Shown here: positions 21,001-29,049 of the stretch, one piece after another
How the letters are laid out: every line of letters begins with the position of its first letter
Position numbering within the stretch: the stretch's first letter is position 1
Source: Dehalococcoidia bacterium
Lineage (GTDB): Bacteria; Chloroflexota; Dehalococcoidia; GIF9; UBA5629
DNA: 64,000 nucleotides
NCBI GenBank assembly: GCA_003142375.1
Contig: PLME01000011.1
Span: forward strand, 14,599 to 78,598
Reading direction: 5' to 3'
Program-made: the position numbers and the translations under genes
The notes under the pieces: model-generated
Databases searched by the model: none
What the model was told of the DNA's origin: nothing
The model's input: only the letters and a program-made list of their open reading frames with translations

Positions 21001-23822
21001 GACGGATTCCATTGGAGCAGTCGCTTATGCGTGATCAGCATCCGCCAGGCGGTGCGCACCATGGCATCCAGACTGAAAAACGCTTCGTATGGCAGGCATA
21101 CGAGCGTGAATGCAGCCTGAACGAAGTGACGGCGGGCCGAGCGCACTGCGGCAGCGAGGTGCAGTCTCAGAGTCACATCGACTGGCTTTTGAAGCGCATT
21201 CAGGGCCGAGGCTATCAAAGAAGGAATCAGGATGATGCCTATCACCGCCAATGTCCAGAACCAGGCCGATGGTAACACGGTCCAGCCCAGAAGCAAGAGG
21301 AGTGTCAATGCCGTGGGGGTGAGGCTACGCCGCAGGTTGTCGAAAATCTTCCATCTCGACAGCCCCGAGAGTGGATTTTTCTCCAGGCGTGAGTCGGGGC
21401 CGGGAACGTTAGGCATCACCCACTGCGCAATCTGCCAATCCCCGCGAATCCAACGGTGCCGGCGGCTGACGTCCGCACTGTAGAGGGAGGGGTTTTCCTC
21501 GTATAGCGGCACATCACTCAATGACCCGGACCGGATGTAACACCCTTCCAGAAGATCGTGGCTGAGGATCCGGTTATCGGGGAAACGCCCGCCCAACACC
21601 CGCTCGAATGCATCAACATCATAGATGCCCTTGCCGATGAACGAGCCTTCACCGAACAGGTCCTGGTAAACATCGGAAACGGCGCGCGTATACGGATCGA
21701 TGCCGAGCTCATTGGCGCACATGCGCGCATACCGCGATCGGTTCGTGCCGGGGAGGCTCACTGCCACCCGTGGCTGAAGAATGCCGTACCCCGCAACAAC
21801 ACGCTGCTGGTCTTCGTCGTAACGTGCACGATTGAGTGGGTGCGCCATGGCGCCCACAAACTGCCACGCCGAATCGCGTGCAAGTTGCGTATCGGTATCC
21901 AGGGTGATCACGTACTTCACGTCCGATAAGACCGTGGTTTCACCGACGATGAGAGCGAAGCGATCACTTGATCCTCCGCGCAAAAACCCATTCAAATCGG
22001 CAAGCTTGCCGCGCTTGCGCTCGTAACCCATATAGATCCGGTCGCACGGATTCCATCGGCGAGGGCGATGAAACAGGAAGAAGGTATCGCCTTCTTGACT
22101 CCTGTACTTTTCGTTCAGCTCTTCGATTCTCTGCCGGGCCAGCCGCAACAGCGGTTCGTCTTCCGGCAGCGTTTTTTCGATGGCGTCGTGAAAATCAGTG
22201 AGCAAACCGAAGTGGAGGTGATCATCCCGATTTGCCAGGAAGCGGACTTCCAATCCCTCGATCAGGTCCTCAATGTTTTGAGTGCTTGTGAGAATCGTCG
22301 GGACCACAACCAGAGTTCGCAATTCCTGCGGGATCCCTTGGGAAAAATCCATGCGCGGCAGCGGTTGCGGCGTCGCCAGCAACGTCGCCAGCCAGTTCAC
22401 CACCGCTACCGCCAGATGACTGGCGCAGAGAATCGATAGGAGTCCGATCAGCCCCAATGCCCAACCCTGCAACCCATCGGCGTACGCCTTCGCCGCGAAG
22501 CACCCGGCTAAGATCGCTGTCATCAGAAGGATGGTGCCGCTATACAGCAGGAAAGGAAACCGGCGGCTGGCTTTGCGCAGAACCTCAGCAGACGATAAGC
22601 GCACCTCCGTCATTCGTTCGAGCTGCGCCAATCCCTCGTCGATCAGGTAGAAGCCGACGTGCGCTGCGCGTTCGTCGCCGCCTTTCCGTGCCGCTACCTC
22701 ATTTGCCAGATTGATCGCTTTGCGCGCCACCTCGCTCTCGGAGTAGGGACAGCTCTTCGCAGACTTCTCCACGACGTGACGGTAGCGATCACGGGTGGCA
22801 AAATCCATCTTGCCGTAGACGCCGCCAGGATCCTCACTCAGGATCTGCTCAACAATGCTCATCGTCTCGACAAACTCGCGCCAGTCCATCGCGCCCAGTA
22901 AGCGGAGGCTGCCGATGCTGTTGCTCATCGAGACCTGGTCGGCAGTTTGTTGTTGGTTCTCCGAGCGCACCAACTGTTCGATGGTCAGTCCAACCTCAGA
23001 CAGTCTCTGTTCAATCCAGGTAAGCGGCACTGCAAGAGCGGGACCCTGGCCCTGCAAGCGACGTGTGAGCTCCGCAACAAACGAGCTCACCATCGGGGGG
23101 TTCGACCGTGCCATGTCGGAGATCGCCAGAATCAGGCTCTTTGAGTCCTTCTCGGCGATCTCCGTCATCTGGTCGGCCCAATAGTCGGCACGGTTTCGAT
23201 AGATCATGTGGGCGGCGATCAGGGCGGCAATCCGCCGAACATTCTCGATCAGGACCAGGCGCAGCATGATGGGGATAGCCCAAAGTTCGCCCAATTTCAG
23301 GGTGGTCACCGACTGGTAGGCGGCTACGAAACTGCTGAGGTTTTCCGGGTACAACCGTCCATCGCCGTGCGAGATCATCTCCAGAGCGATGTCATACACC
23401 CGCGGAAGCCCAGCCGATGGGCCATTCAGCAAGTGCGGCAGCTCACGGCTATAACCCTTCGGCAAGTATCGCTTAGCCATTCGAATCTGTTCCTCAATCA
23501 AATAGAAATTGTCGAGCAGCCATTCGCCGGCCGGTGTAATCCGGCGGTCTGCCTTGACGTGCTCTGTCAGCAGGTTGTGGACTTCAAGCAGGAGACTTTC
23601 ATTCTCGGCCAGCCGCGCCAGAAGGCGGTCCCGAGGGCGTCCAGGCTTCAACTGGTGCTCACCCGCAAGGATCTTCCCATGCTGCTCCATCTGATCGTCA
23701 CTGAACAGTTCTGATCGAAGGGATAGTTCATCGCCGGCATACTTCTGTGCCAGGTCTTTTTCGCAGAGGCGCGCCCACATACGGGAAAATGTCCCGCGAA
23801 CGGTCTTGCTGCTTATCTTCAT
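15069..23822 (-). CDS. ndvB: Cyclic beta-1,2-glucan synthase/phosphorylase (Cgs/NdvB/ChvB family; GT84 + cyclisation domain + GH94)
   Basis: 2917 aa; GYERKRGKL, VITLDTDT, SHDLLEG, RRHRWIRGDWQ, WSGSMFEYLMP, QSGGAFGFRDQLQD, GDWND, RENGGQYTHAA; two TM clusters. Confidence 0.9.
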   Translation of the reverse strand: MKISSKTVRGTFSRMWARLCEKDLAQKYAGDELSLRSELFSDDQMEQHGKILAGEHQLKPGRPRDRLLARLAENESLLLEVHNLLTEHVKADRRITPAGEWLLDNFYLIEEQIRMAKRYLPKGYSRELPHLLNGPSAGLPRVYDIALEMISHGDGRLYPENLSSFVAAYQSVTTLKLGELWAIPIMLRLVLIENVRRIAALIAAHMIYRNRADYWADQMTEIAEKDSKSLILAISDMARSNPPMVSSFVAELTRRLQGQGPALAVPLTWIEQRLSEVGLTIEQLVRSENQQQTADQVSMSNSIGSLRLLGAMDWREFVETMSIVEQILSEDPGGVYGKMDFATRDRYRHVVEKSAKSCPYSESEVARKAINLANEVAARKGGDERAAHVGFYLIDEGLAQLERMTEVRLSSAEVLRKASRRFPFLLYSGTILLMTAILAGCFAAKAYADGLQGWALGLIGLLSILCASHLAVAVVNWLATLLATPQPLPRMDFSQGIPQELRTLVVVPTILTSTQNIEDLIEGLEVRFLANRDDHLHFGLLTDFHDAIEKTLPEDEPLLRLARQRIEELNEKYRSQEGDTFFLFHRPRRWNPCDRIYMGYERKRGKLADLNGFLRGGSSDRFALIVGETTVLSDVKYVITLDTDTQLARDSAWQFVGAMAHPLNRARYDEDQQRVVAGYGILQPRVAVSLPGTNRSRYARMCANELGIDPYTRAVSDVYQDLFGEGSFIGKGIYDVDAFERVLGGRFPDNRILSHDLLEGCYIRSGSLSDVPLYEENPSLYSADVSRRHRWIRGDWQIAQWVMPNVPGPDSRLEKNPLSGLSRWKIFDNLRRSLTPTALTLLLLLGWTVLPSAWFWTLAVIGIILIPSLIASALNALQKPVDVTLRLHLAAAVRSARRHFVQAAFTLVCLPYEAFFSLDAMVRTAWRMLITHKRLLQWNPSGNSDRNSRTDLVGSCRTMWIGPLVAVAVVITLAASKPAVLAVAGPILCLWFGSPAIAWWISRPLARRRAGMTVDQTLFLRKLARKTWAFFETFIGPQDNWLPPDNYQENPVAVIAHRTSPTNMGLALLANLSAYDFGYLSARQLIERTAKALCTMETLERHQGHFYNWYDTQSLKPLLPLYISSVDSGNLAGHLLTLRPGLLGLADHKILETRFFEGLSDTLRIVIDAAAAAPEVYAPAQLAQLQQDLESATRSQLTTLMASRLCLDQLATSAAVVVTDVEALDADTESQLRWWAHAFAEQCRDALDELTFLAPWTVLFSSPNSLGDFPDLDEIPTLHELAALEVKLLPAIVHRLSSATTSAESAWLGELQRLITAASQHARTRIAAIKELATQCDAFARMKYDFLFDETRHLLAIGYHVGECQRDSSYYDLLASEARFSYFVAIAQGQLTQESWFALGRLLTTAGGEPILLSWSGSMFEYLMPLLVMPTYEPTLLDQTCKAAVARQIEYGKKRGVPWGISECGYNAIDVHLNYQYSAFGVPGLGLKRGLAEDLVIAPYASALALMVAPEEACLNLERLAAEGFETRYGFYEAIDYTPSHLPRGQSRVVVRSFMAHHQGMSLLSLAHLLLDRQMQKRFESDPLFQATMLLLQERIPKATAFYAHTSELSEYHTASSASETPIRVFTSPDTPNPEVQLLSNGRYHVMITSAGGGYSRWKDLAVTRWREDRTCDNWGTFCYLRDVTSGEFWSTAYQPALKRSKHFEAIFSEGRAEFRCRDHDYETYTEIAVSPEDDIELRRVRVTNRARTRRAIDVTSYAEVVLALPAADALHPAFSNLFVQTEIIRRQRAILCTRRPRSQGEQAPWMFHLMVVHGAEIGDVSYETDRMQFIGRGNTVADPQAMSGGAGVFTEALSGSEGSVLDPIVAIRYRITLDPEESATINIVTGIGETRGAALRLVGKYQDRRLADRVFDLAWTHSHVLLRQFNASAADAQLYGHLASSIIYANASLRADPSVLIKNRRGQSGLWSYDISGDLPIVLLQIENPANIDLVRQLVQAHAYWHLKGLAVDLVIWNEDHAGYRQLLHDQVMGLIAAGIEANVTDRPGGIFVRPAEQIAEEDRILIQAVARAIISDSRGSLVDQINGRSQVEVTVPLLIPTRTRRSEPLAVASLPRHDLTFYNGLGGFTPDGREYVITTAHGQLTPAPWVNVLANPHFGTVISESGLAYTWSENAHEFRLTPWENDPVGDSRGEAFYLRDEESGYFWSPTPLPCRGATPYVTRHGFGYSVFEHTERGIRSELWVYVAMDAAIKFTVLKVFNESGRSRRLSATGYVEWVLGDLRPKSTMHVITEIDPDSGALFAHNPYNTEFPDRIAFFDVDDTTRTISGDRTEFLGRNGTLCAPAAMTRTRLSNKVGAALDPCAAIQVSFDLAAGQEREIIFRLGLGRDVDDARNLVNRFRGSNAARCALDVVWQHWTHTLGAVNVETPDQSINVLANGWLLYQTLACRLWARSATYQSGGAFGFRDQLQDVMALIHARPHLAREHLLLCASRQFLEGDVQHWWHPPTGRGVRTHCSDDYLWLPLTTCRYVLTTGDTGVLDEPVHFIQGRSVNADEDCYYDLPGRSEEVASLYEHCVRAILNSLKFGVHGLPLIGSGDWNDSMNLVGEHGKGESVWLGFFLYEVLTQFMEVARTRGDLSFVERCQREAAQLRQNLEQNGWDGKWYRRAYFDDGSPLGSSVNPECQIDSIAQSWSVLSGAGDHERSRMAMEAVDERLVRREHGLIQLLDPPFDKSALNPGYIKGYVPGVRENGGQYTHAAIWAAMAFARLGDNRRAWELFTMINPVNHARSTEETATYKVEPYVVAADVYAAPSHTGRGGWTWYTGSAAWMYRLIVESLLGLTLEVDKLRFTPCLPADWVGFKMHYRYRETVYHIAVLQTPAGNGEMRVSVDGVEQHDKTIPLVDDHKEHWVEVRMTPPP

Positions 23823-23847
23823 TTTTGATGTCTCCTTGTACCACTTC

Positions 23848-24263
23848 TCAAGTCACAATTGCCAGGGTGTGAAGAGGGAGAATTACCTCTGGAACTGGCG
23901 GCCGGTAGCCGAGAGCACTGTGAGATCGCGTGTGGTTGTATTCCTTTCTCTACATATCCACAAGCACCTTGGCCTCAAGCAGCGTTGTGAAGATGTCTCG
24001 ATTGAGCAACTCGTCCCTCAGTTTCCCGATGAATGACTCGATGTAGCCATTCTCCGACGGACTCCCCAGTTCTATGAACAACGCCCTCACTCCAAGTCGT
24101 TCCAACCATTGACGTACGGCTCTGGCTGTGAACTCAGGGCCATTGTCTGATCTGATGTGCCGGGGAGTGCCTCTGATGACGAAGAAGGTACACAACTGAT
24201 CAATGACGTTCTGTGAGCTGATACGACGGTTAACCACCATGCCCAGACATTCTGTGGTGTACT
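23848..24263 (-). pseudogene. IS3-family transposase (integrase core) remnant
   Basis: YTTECLG...PRHIRSDNGPEF...SPSENGYIESFIGKLRDELLN...DM*RKEYNHTRSHSALGYRPP; in-frame TAG at 23950-23952; N-terminus missing. Confidence 0.85.
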
Positions 24264-24300
24264 TGACCTGCTCCCAATAAGTGTACCACTTTTTAAGTTA
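24264..24300 (-). mobile_element. IS3-type terminal inverted repeat remnant interrupting the transposase
   Basis: TGACCTGCTCCCAATAAGTGTACCACTTT begins exactly where the transposase frame is cut; has the 5'-TG end of IS3 elements. Confidence 0.5.
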
Positions 24301-24457
24301 AGTGATTGAGCCCGTGAGGGCATCCCCTTTTATGTACCAACCGTAATGCTAGTTTTGCGGGCCATGAGTCCACGAGTGCGTGGAGAGTCGTTACCATCTC
24401 GTGATAGTATGCGTTGTACCCTGCATCCAAAGTCGTTTCAGATAAGTGCAAGCCATA

Positions 24458-24500
24458 GAATCAGTGTGTCGGCAGGACCTGTGATCTGACACACTGATTC
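24458..24500. terminator. Stem-loop downstream of tRNA-Lys
   Basis: GAATCAGTGTGTC...GACACACTGATTC 13-bp inverted repeat; no clear U-tract. Confidence 0.4.
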
Positions 24501-24537
24501 GTCTGTTAAAATGAAGTCGACCTGGTGGGTTTGTACT

Positions 24538-24613
24538 TGGTAGGCCGTGCAGGAATCGAACCTGCGACCCACTGATTAAAAGTCAGTTGCTCTACCAACT
24601 GAGCTAACGGCCC
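24538..24613 (-). tRNA. tRNA-Lys(TTT)
   Basis: GGGCCGTTAGCTCAGTTGGTAGAGCAACTGACTTTTAATCAGTGGGTCGCAGGTTCGATTCCTGCACGGCCTACCA; full cloverleaf with encoded CCA. Confidence 0.97.
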
Positions 24614-24721
24614 ATTCACGGGATGTGGTTTCAGGAGAAACCGACTAAAAAGTTTATCACAATCTTATTCGCAGAGACAATTAAAGGCGTGACAATAGTT
24701 GCTGAAGCTTCAAATAAAAGG

Positions 24722-24796
24722 TGGAGCGGGTGAAGGGATTCGGACCCTCGACGTCTTGCTTGGGAAGCAAGCACTCTACCGCTGAGTTACACCCGC
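24722..24796 (-). tRNA. tRNA-Gly(CCC)
   Basis: GCGGGTGTAACTCAGCGGTAGAGTGCTTGCTTCCCAAGCAAGACGTCGAGGGTCCGAATCCCTTCACCCGCTCCA. Confidence 0.93.
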
Positions 24797-24805
24797 ACAG
24801 ACGGA

Positions 24806-24833
24806 ATTATATTAGAAATCTCCTATATGTCAA
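24806..24833 (-). promoter_or_regulatory. Sigma70 promoter for tRNA-Gly (and possibly tRNA-Lys)
   Basis: TTGACA-N16-TATAAT on the minus strand, 9 bp upstream of tRNA-Gly. Confidence 0.75.
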
Positions 24834-24841
24834 GTAGACGG

Positions 24842-25285
24842 TCACCCTTTTTTATTTACCCATTCTGGTGTCGCTATTTCGGCATTTAAAAAAGGTTCCC
24901 GCAGGTACGGCTTAATATCCAGTACAGGCGAGCCGTCGATGGCATCCAATCCTACAACGGTTAGCAGATTGGCTTTTCTTTTGACCAGTTTGACTACTGT
25001 AAGGCCTATCGGGTTGGGACGTACCGGGCTTCTGGTGGCGAAGACCCCTTTTAAAGGCAGAGTGGGGTTGCGGTATGGGTGTACTTTCATGATCAGCCGC
25101 TCGCTTTTTTTAACCTTGTGCAGCCAGAAGACAATAATAAGGTGGGAGAAAGACTCGATTCCATCAAGAGCTTTTTCGTAAGCCGGGTCAACAATTACCT
25201 GAGCTTTCAAATTGCCGCGAGCAACTTTGCGCCTGCTTTTGATACTGCTTTTTATAAAGCCGATGGGTTCCAGCCTGTCTGTCAT
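24842..25285 (-). CDS. trmO: tRNA m6t6A37 methyltransferase TrmO/TsaA family
   Basis: PIGFIKS, GVFATRSPVRPNPIGLT, LDAIDGSPVLDIKPY; start moved to MTDRLEPIG. Confidence 0.85.
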   Translation of the reverse strand: MTDRLEPIGFIKSSIKSRRKVARGNLKAQVIVDPAYEKALDGIESFSHLIIVFWLHKVKKSERLIMKVHPYRNPTLPLKGVFATRSPVRPNPIGLTVVKLVKRKANLLTVVGLDAIDGSPVLDIKPYLREPFLNAEIATPEWVNKKG

Positions 25286-25402
25286 ATCACAAGTATAGAA
25301 GATTTGATTTGAATGCATCAATTGCAGGTTGAATGAAGTTGAACAACCGTTCGAATAGATATACAATCAATAGCGCTTCAAATATTATTCCTGGAGATTA
25401 AC

Positions 25403-26884
25403 ATGCCCAAACCTTCGCTCGATTATTTATTTAATCCCACCTCAATTGCCATTGCCGGCGTGTCACCGGATGCAGCCAGGCCCAACCTGGCGCAACTATT
25501 TGTAAGTACACTCAGAAACTTTGGTTTTAAGGGTGAGATTTACCCTCTTCACCCATCCGGTGGTGAGCTATTTGGTACGAAGGTATATACCAATGTGCGT
25601 GAAATACCCGGCCCGGTCGACTACGTTATATCGGCTATACCCGCACGTTTCACACCGCAACTGATAACCGACTGCGTGGCCAAGGGAGTAAAGGCTGTCC
25701 ACCTCTTTACCTCAGGTTATGGGGAGATCGAGGACGAGATAGGCAAGAAGCTCGAAGGGGAAATATTGAAGATAGCCCGCAAGGGCGGCATGCGCCTGGT
25801 AGGGCCGAACTGTATGGGACTCTACAACCCGTCGTCGGGACTCACATTCGCCGGAGATTTTCCCGACCAGATAGGTTTCCCGCGCCAATCCGGGTCTCTG
25901 GGTTTGATTTCTCAGAGCGGAGGCAACTGTATTTACACTATTCGTGAAGCAGCAGGTAGGGGCGTATTTTTCAGCAAAGCCATAAGCTATGGAAATGCCG
26001 CCGACCTAAATGAAACGGATTATCTGGAATATATGGCGGAGGATGCTCAAACCAAATTGATCGCCATGTATATCGAGGGTGTAAGGGACGGCAAACGTTT
26101 CATGCAGGCGTTGAAAAACCTGGCCGGCAAAAAACCTGTGATAATCAATAAAGGCGGCAATACGGAGACGGGAGCCAGGGCCTGCGCCTCTCATACTGGC
26201 TCCCTGGCAGGGTCGGCTGCCATATGGCACGATCTTATTAAGCAGGTTGGGGCGATCCCGGCTGGAAGCATCTCGGAACTGGTCGATATGGGCGTGGCCT
26301 TTCTCAAGATGAAGGTGCCCAATGGCCGGAATACGGTCGTCATCGGCACCGGTGGTGGCATCGCCGTCCAGGCTTCCGATGATATCACCGGGGCCGGCCT
26401 GGACCTGCCCATTTTACCCCTGGAAGTCAGGAAAAAGCTGGTGGCTATATATGGTACCGAGGCCGGCAGCATCTTCAGGAACCCGGTTGATGCGCCGCCT
26501 ATGGCGAGCGTAGAAAAATACGTGGAGGCGGTTAAAGCCATAGCAGAATCCGACCAGGTCGATGTGCTGATTTTGCATTGCCCCTTTGACATCTGGGCCA
26601 TGGTAAGCCGCAGCCTGCCGCTCAGGCCTTTCATCGAAACGGTGGCTGTACTGGCGAAAGTAATAGATAAGCCTATGGCTGCAGTGCTGCACTACGATAC
26701 AAACTCCGGTTCGAGGCAGATGGTTGAAGACGTGCAGAAGAAATTCGTGGACCTGGGCTTGCCTGTCTATCCCTCAATACAACGTGCCGCGACGGCTATA
26801 AATAAATATATAGAGTATTACGAGCGGCTGAGGGGCGAAAACAGATTATCAAGGGTTTCCGGCAGCAAACGAAAAGCCTGCTGA
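25403..26884 (+). CDS. ADP-forming acyl-CoA synthetase alpha-type subunit (AcdA-like)
   Basis: CoA-binding domain, GPNCMG, ISQSGG, ASHTGSLAG phospho-His, NPVD; no ATP-grasp domain. Confidence 0.8.
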   Translation: MPKPSLDYLFNPTSIAIAGVSPDAARPNLAQLFVSTLRNFGFKGEIYPLHPSGGELFGTKVYTNVREIPGPVDYVISAIPARFTPQLITDCVAKGVKAVHLFTSGYGEIEDEIGKKLEGEILKIARKGGMRLVGPNCMGLYNPSSGLTFAGDFPDQIGFPRQSGSLGLISQSGGNCIYTIREAAGRGVFFSKAISYGNAADLNETDYLEYMAEDAQTKLIAMYIEGVRDGKRFMQALKNLAGKKPVIINKGGNTETGARACASHTGSLAGSAAIWHDLIKQVGAIPAGSISELVDMGVAFLKMKVPNGRNTVVIGTGGGIAVQASDDITGAGLDLPILPLEVRKKLVAIYGTEAGSIFRNPVDAPPMASVEKYVEAVKAIAESDQVDVLILHCPFDIWAMVSRSLPLRPFIETVAVLAKVIDKPMAAVLHYDTNSGSRQMVEDVQKKFVDLGLPVYPSIQRAATAINKYIEYYERLRGENRLSRVSGSKRKAC

Positions 26885-26885
26885 C

Positions 26886-27755
26886 CTATTTAAGGGCCTT
26901 CTTAACCGTTATCCCGATCTCTGCAGGATTGGGAGCAATTATAGCCCCGGCGGCGGATAAAGCCGCCATCTTATCCTGTGCTTTCCCCGTATTACCGCTG
27001 ATAATAGCTCCGGCATGCCCCATGCGCCTGCCGGGAGGAGCGGATGCTCCAGCTATGAAGGAAACCACAGGTTTGCTCACCCTTTCTTTAATGAATTGGG
27101 CTGCTTCCTGTTCCATGGTGCCTCCGATCTCCCCGATGAGCACGATAGCATGTGTGTCCTTATCTTCCTGAAAGAGTTTCAATATATCCACAAAGTTCGT
27201 TCCCAAAAGGGGGTCGCCGCCTATTCCCACACAGGTGGACTGCCCGATACCGAATCCGGTCAATTGAGCCACTGTCTCATAAGTAAGCGTGCCGCTACGT
27301 GAGACCACGCCCACATTGCCCTGCTTGTGAATCTCACCTGCCATGATGCCGACCTTGCACTTGCCAGGCGAAATTAAACCGGGGCAATTGGGACCGATAA
27401 GACGTACGGGCTTGCCTTTGAGGAAACTGTAAGCGTTAACCATGTCCATTACCGGGATTCCTTCTGTGATGCAGACCACCAGCGCAATGCCGGCATCCGC
27501 CGCTTCCATGATTGAATCGGCCGCCCCGGCTGGGGGGACAAAAATAATGCTGGCGTTGGCGCCCGTTTCCTTAACGGCGCTTTCAACCGTATTAAAAACA
27601 GGCACTCCGGAAACCTGGGTGCCACCCTTGCCGGGCGTCATCCCAGCTACGACCTTGGTGCCGTACTCTATGCAGCGTTGTGTATGAAAGCTGCCTTCCC
27701 CGCCGGTAATGCCCTGAACCAGCAGGCGTGTTTTTTCATCGATTAAAATACTCAA
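26886..27755 (-). CDS. sucD: Succinyl-CoA synthetase alpha subunit
   Basis: [30 protein letters not shown]. Confidence 0.95.
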   Translation of the reverse strand: MSILIDEKTRLLVQGITGGEGSFHTQRCIEYGTKVVAGMTPGKGGTQVSGVPVFNTVESAVKETGANASIIFVPPAGAADSIMEAADAGIALVVCITEGIPVMDMVNAYSFLKGKPVRLIGPNCPGLISPGKCKVGIMAGEIHKQGNVGVVSRSGTLTYETVAQLTGFGIGQSTCVGIGGDPLLGTNFVDILKLFQEDKDTHAIVLIGEIGGTMEQEAAQFIKERVSKPVVSFIAGASAPPGRRMGHAGAIISGNTGKAQDKMAALSAAGAIIAPNPAEIGITVKKALK

Positions 27756-28924
27756 TCCCGGCCTCCTTTAGCAGCCGCCACAGCTTTGCGTGCAGCATCC
27801 AGGAAATCGGCCGCCTCTATATAGTTGATCCTGGATTCAGCAAGGAGGCGTTTGCCCTCAGTAACATTGGTGCCGGCCAGCCTGACCACAACCGGGACTT
27901 TGATATCTATCTGCTGATAGGCCTCGATTATCCCGCGGGCGATGGTATCCGCCCGTGCCATCCCGCCGAAGATGTTGACCAGGATGGCCTTAACATCCGG
28001 GTCTGCGGTGAAGACTTTAAAGGCGCTGACAACAGCGTTGGTATTGTTCACTGTACCAATATCGAGAAAATTGGCCGCGTTGCCGCCACAGAAATTTATC
28101 AGGTCTAACACTGCCATAGCCAGGCCGGCCCCGTTGACCATGCATCCTATATTGCCGTTTAGTTTAATATAGTTCTTGATGCCCATTTCGCTGGCCCTGG
28201 CTTCGAAGGGATCATCCTGCGCTGGATCGTGGAGCTGCCGGATATCATCGTGTCGAAAAAGGGCGCTGTCATCAAAATTCAACTTGGCGTCAAGGGCCAT
28301 AATTTTGTCATCTGCGGTAATTACCAGGGGGTTTATCTCAGCCAGGGAGCAGTCCTTTTCGCGGAATAACCTGTAGAGGTTGGCCATCAATTTAACGGCG
28401 GGTTTGACCTGGGCCGTACTTAAATTCATGCCGTAGGCCAGCTTACGGCCTTCGAAATCCTGCCAGCCCGCAGCCGGGTCGATGTGAACTTTGAGAATCT
28501 TCTCGGGGCTGGTCCTGGTTACCTCTTCGATGTCCATGCCTCCGGCCTCGCTGGCAATCATGACCGGCATTTTGCGGGCGTTGTCGATAACGATGCTGAG
28601 ATATAGTTCACGCCGCACTTCCATAACCTTTTCCACCAGGACTTTGCCGACGGGCGCTCCTTTGGCGGACGTTTGATGTGTGATCAGCCTTGCTCCAATT
28701 ATCCCGGCAGCCGATTTCTCAGCCTCGGCAGCATCTGCAGCCAGCTTAATTCCACCGGCTTTGCCCCTGCCACCGGCGTACACCTGGGCCTTGACGGCAA
28801 CCTTACCTTCCAGACCGGCGGCGATCTTCTTTGCCTCTGCCGGGGTACTGGCTACATCGCCGGCGGGAACAGGAACCCCATACTGGGATAATAAGGCCTT
28901 AGCCTGATATTCATGTATTTTCAT
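27752..28924 (-). CDS. sucC: Succinyl-CoA synthetase beta subunit
   Basis: [35 protein letters not shown]. Confidence 0.95.
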   Translation of the reverse strand: MKIHEYQAKALLSQYGVPVPAGDVASTPAEAKKIAAGLEGKVAVKAQVYAGGRGKAGGIKLAADAAEAEKSAAGIIGARLITHQTSAKGAPVGKVLVEKVMEVRRELYLSIVIDNARKMPVMIASEAGGMDIEEVTRTSPEKILKVHIDPAAGWQDFEGRKLAYGMNLSTAQVKPAVKLMANLYRLFREKDCSLAEINPLVITADDKIMALDAKLNFDDSALFRHDDIRQLHDPAQDDPFEARASEMGIKNYIKLNGNIGCMVNGAGLAMAVLDLINFCGGNAANFLDIGTVNNTNAVVSAFKVFTADPDVKAILVNIFGGMARADTIARGIIEAYQQIDIKVPVVVRLAGTNVTEGKRLLAESRINYIEAADFLDAARKAVAAAKGGRD

Positions 28925-29049
28925 CCTGTTCTCCTCTTACCAGCCGTACACTGCTTGGCAAGCGAATTATATATTATTGCGAGTACTAAAGGGGATGTTT
29001 ACTCAATCGAAATACAATGTAGTTATTCTCTAAATTTAGAGCCAATTTT

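Larger units (their letters stand above)
14579..24554. mobile_element. Degenerate genomic island integrated at tRNA-Lys(TTT)
   Basis: 17-bp terminal direct repeats, visibly GC-richer cargo gene, IS3 remnants; no integrase inside. Confidence 0.75.
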
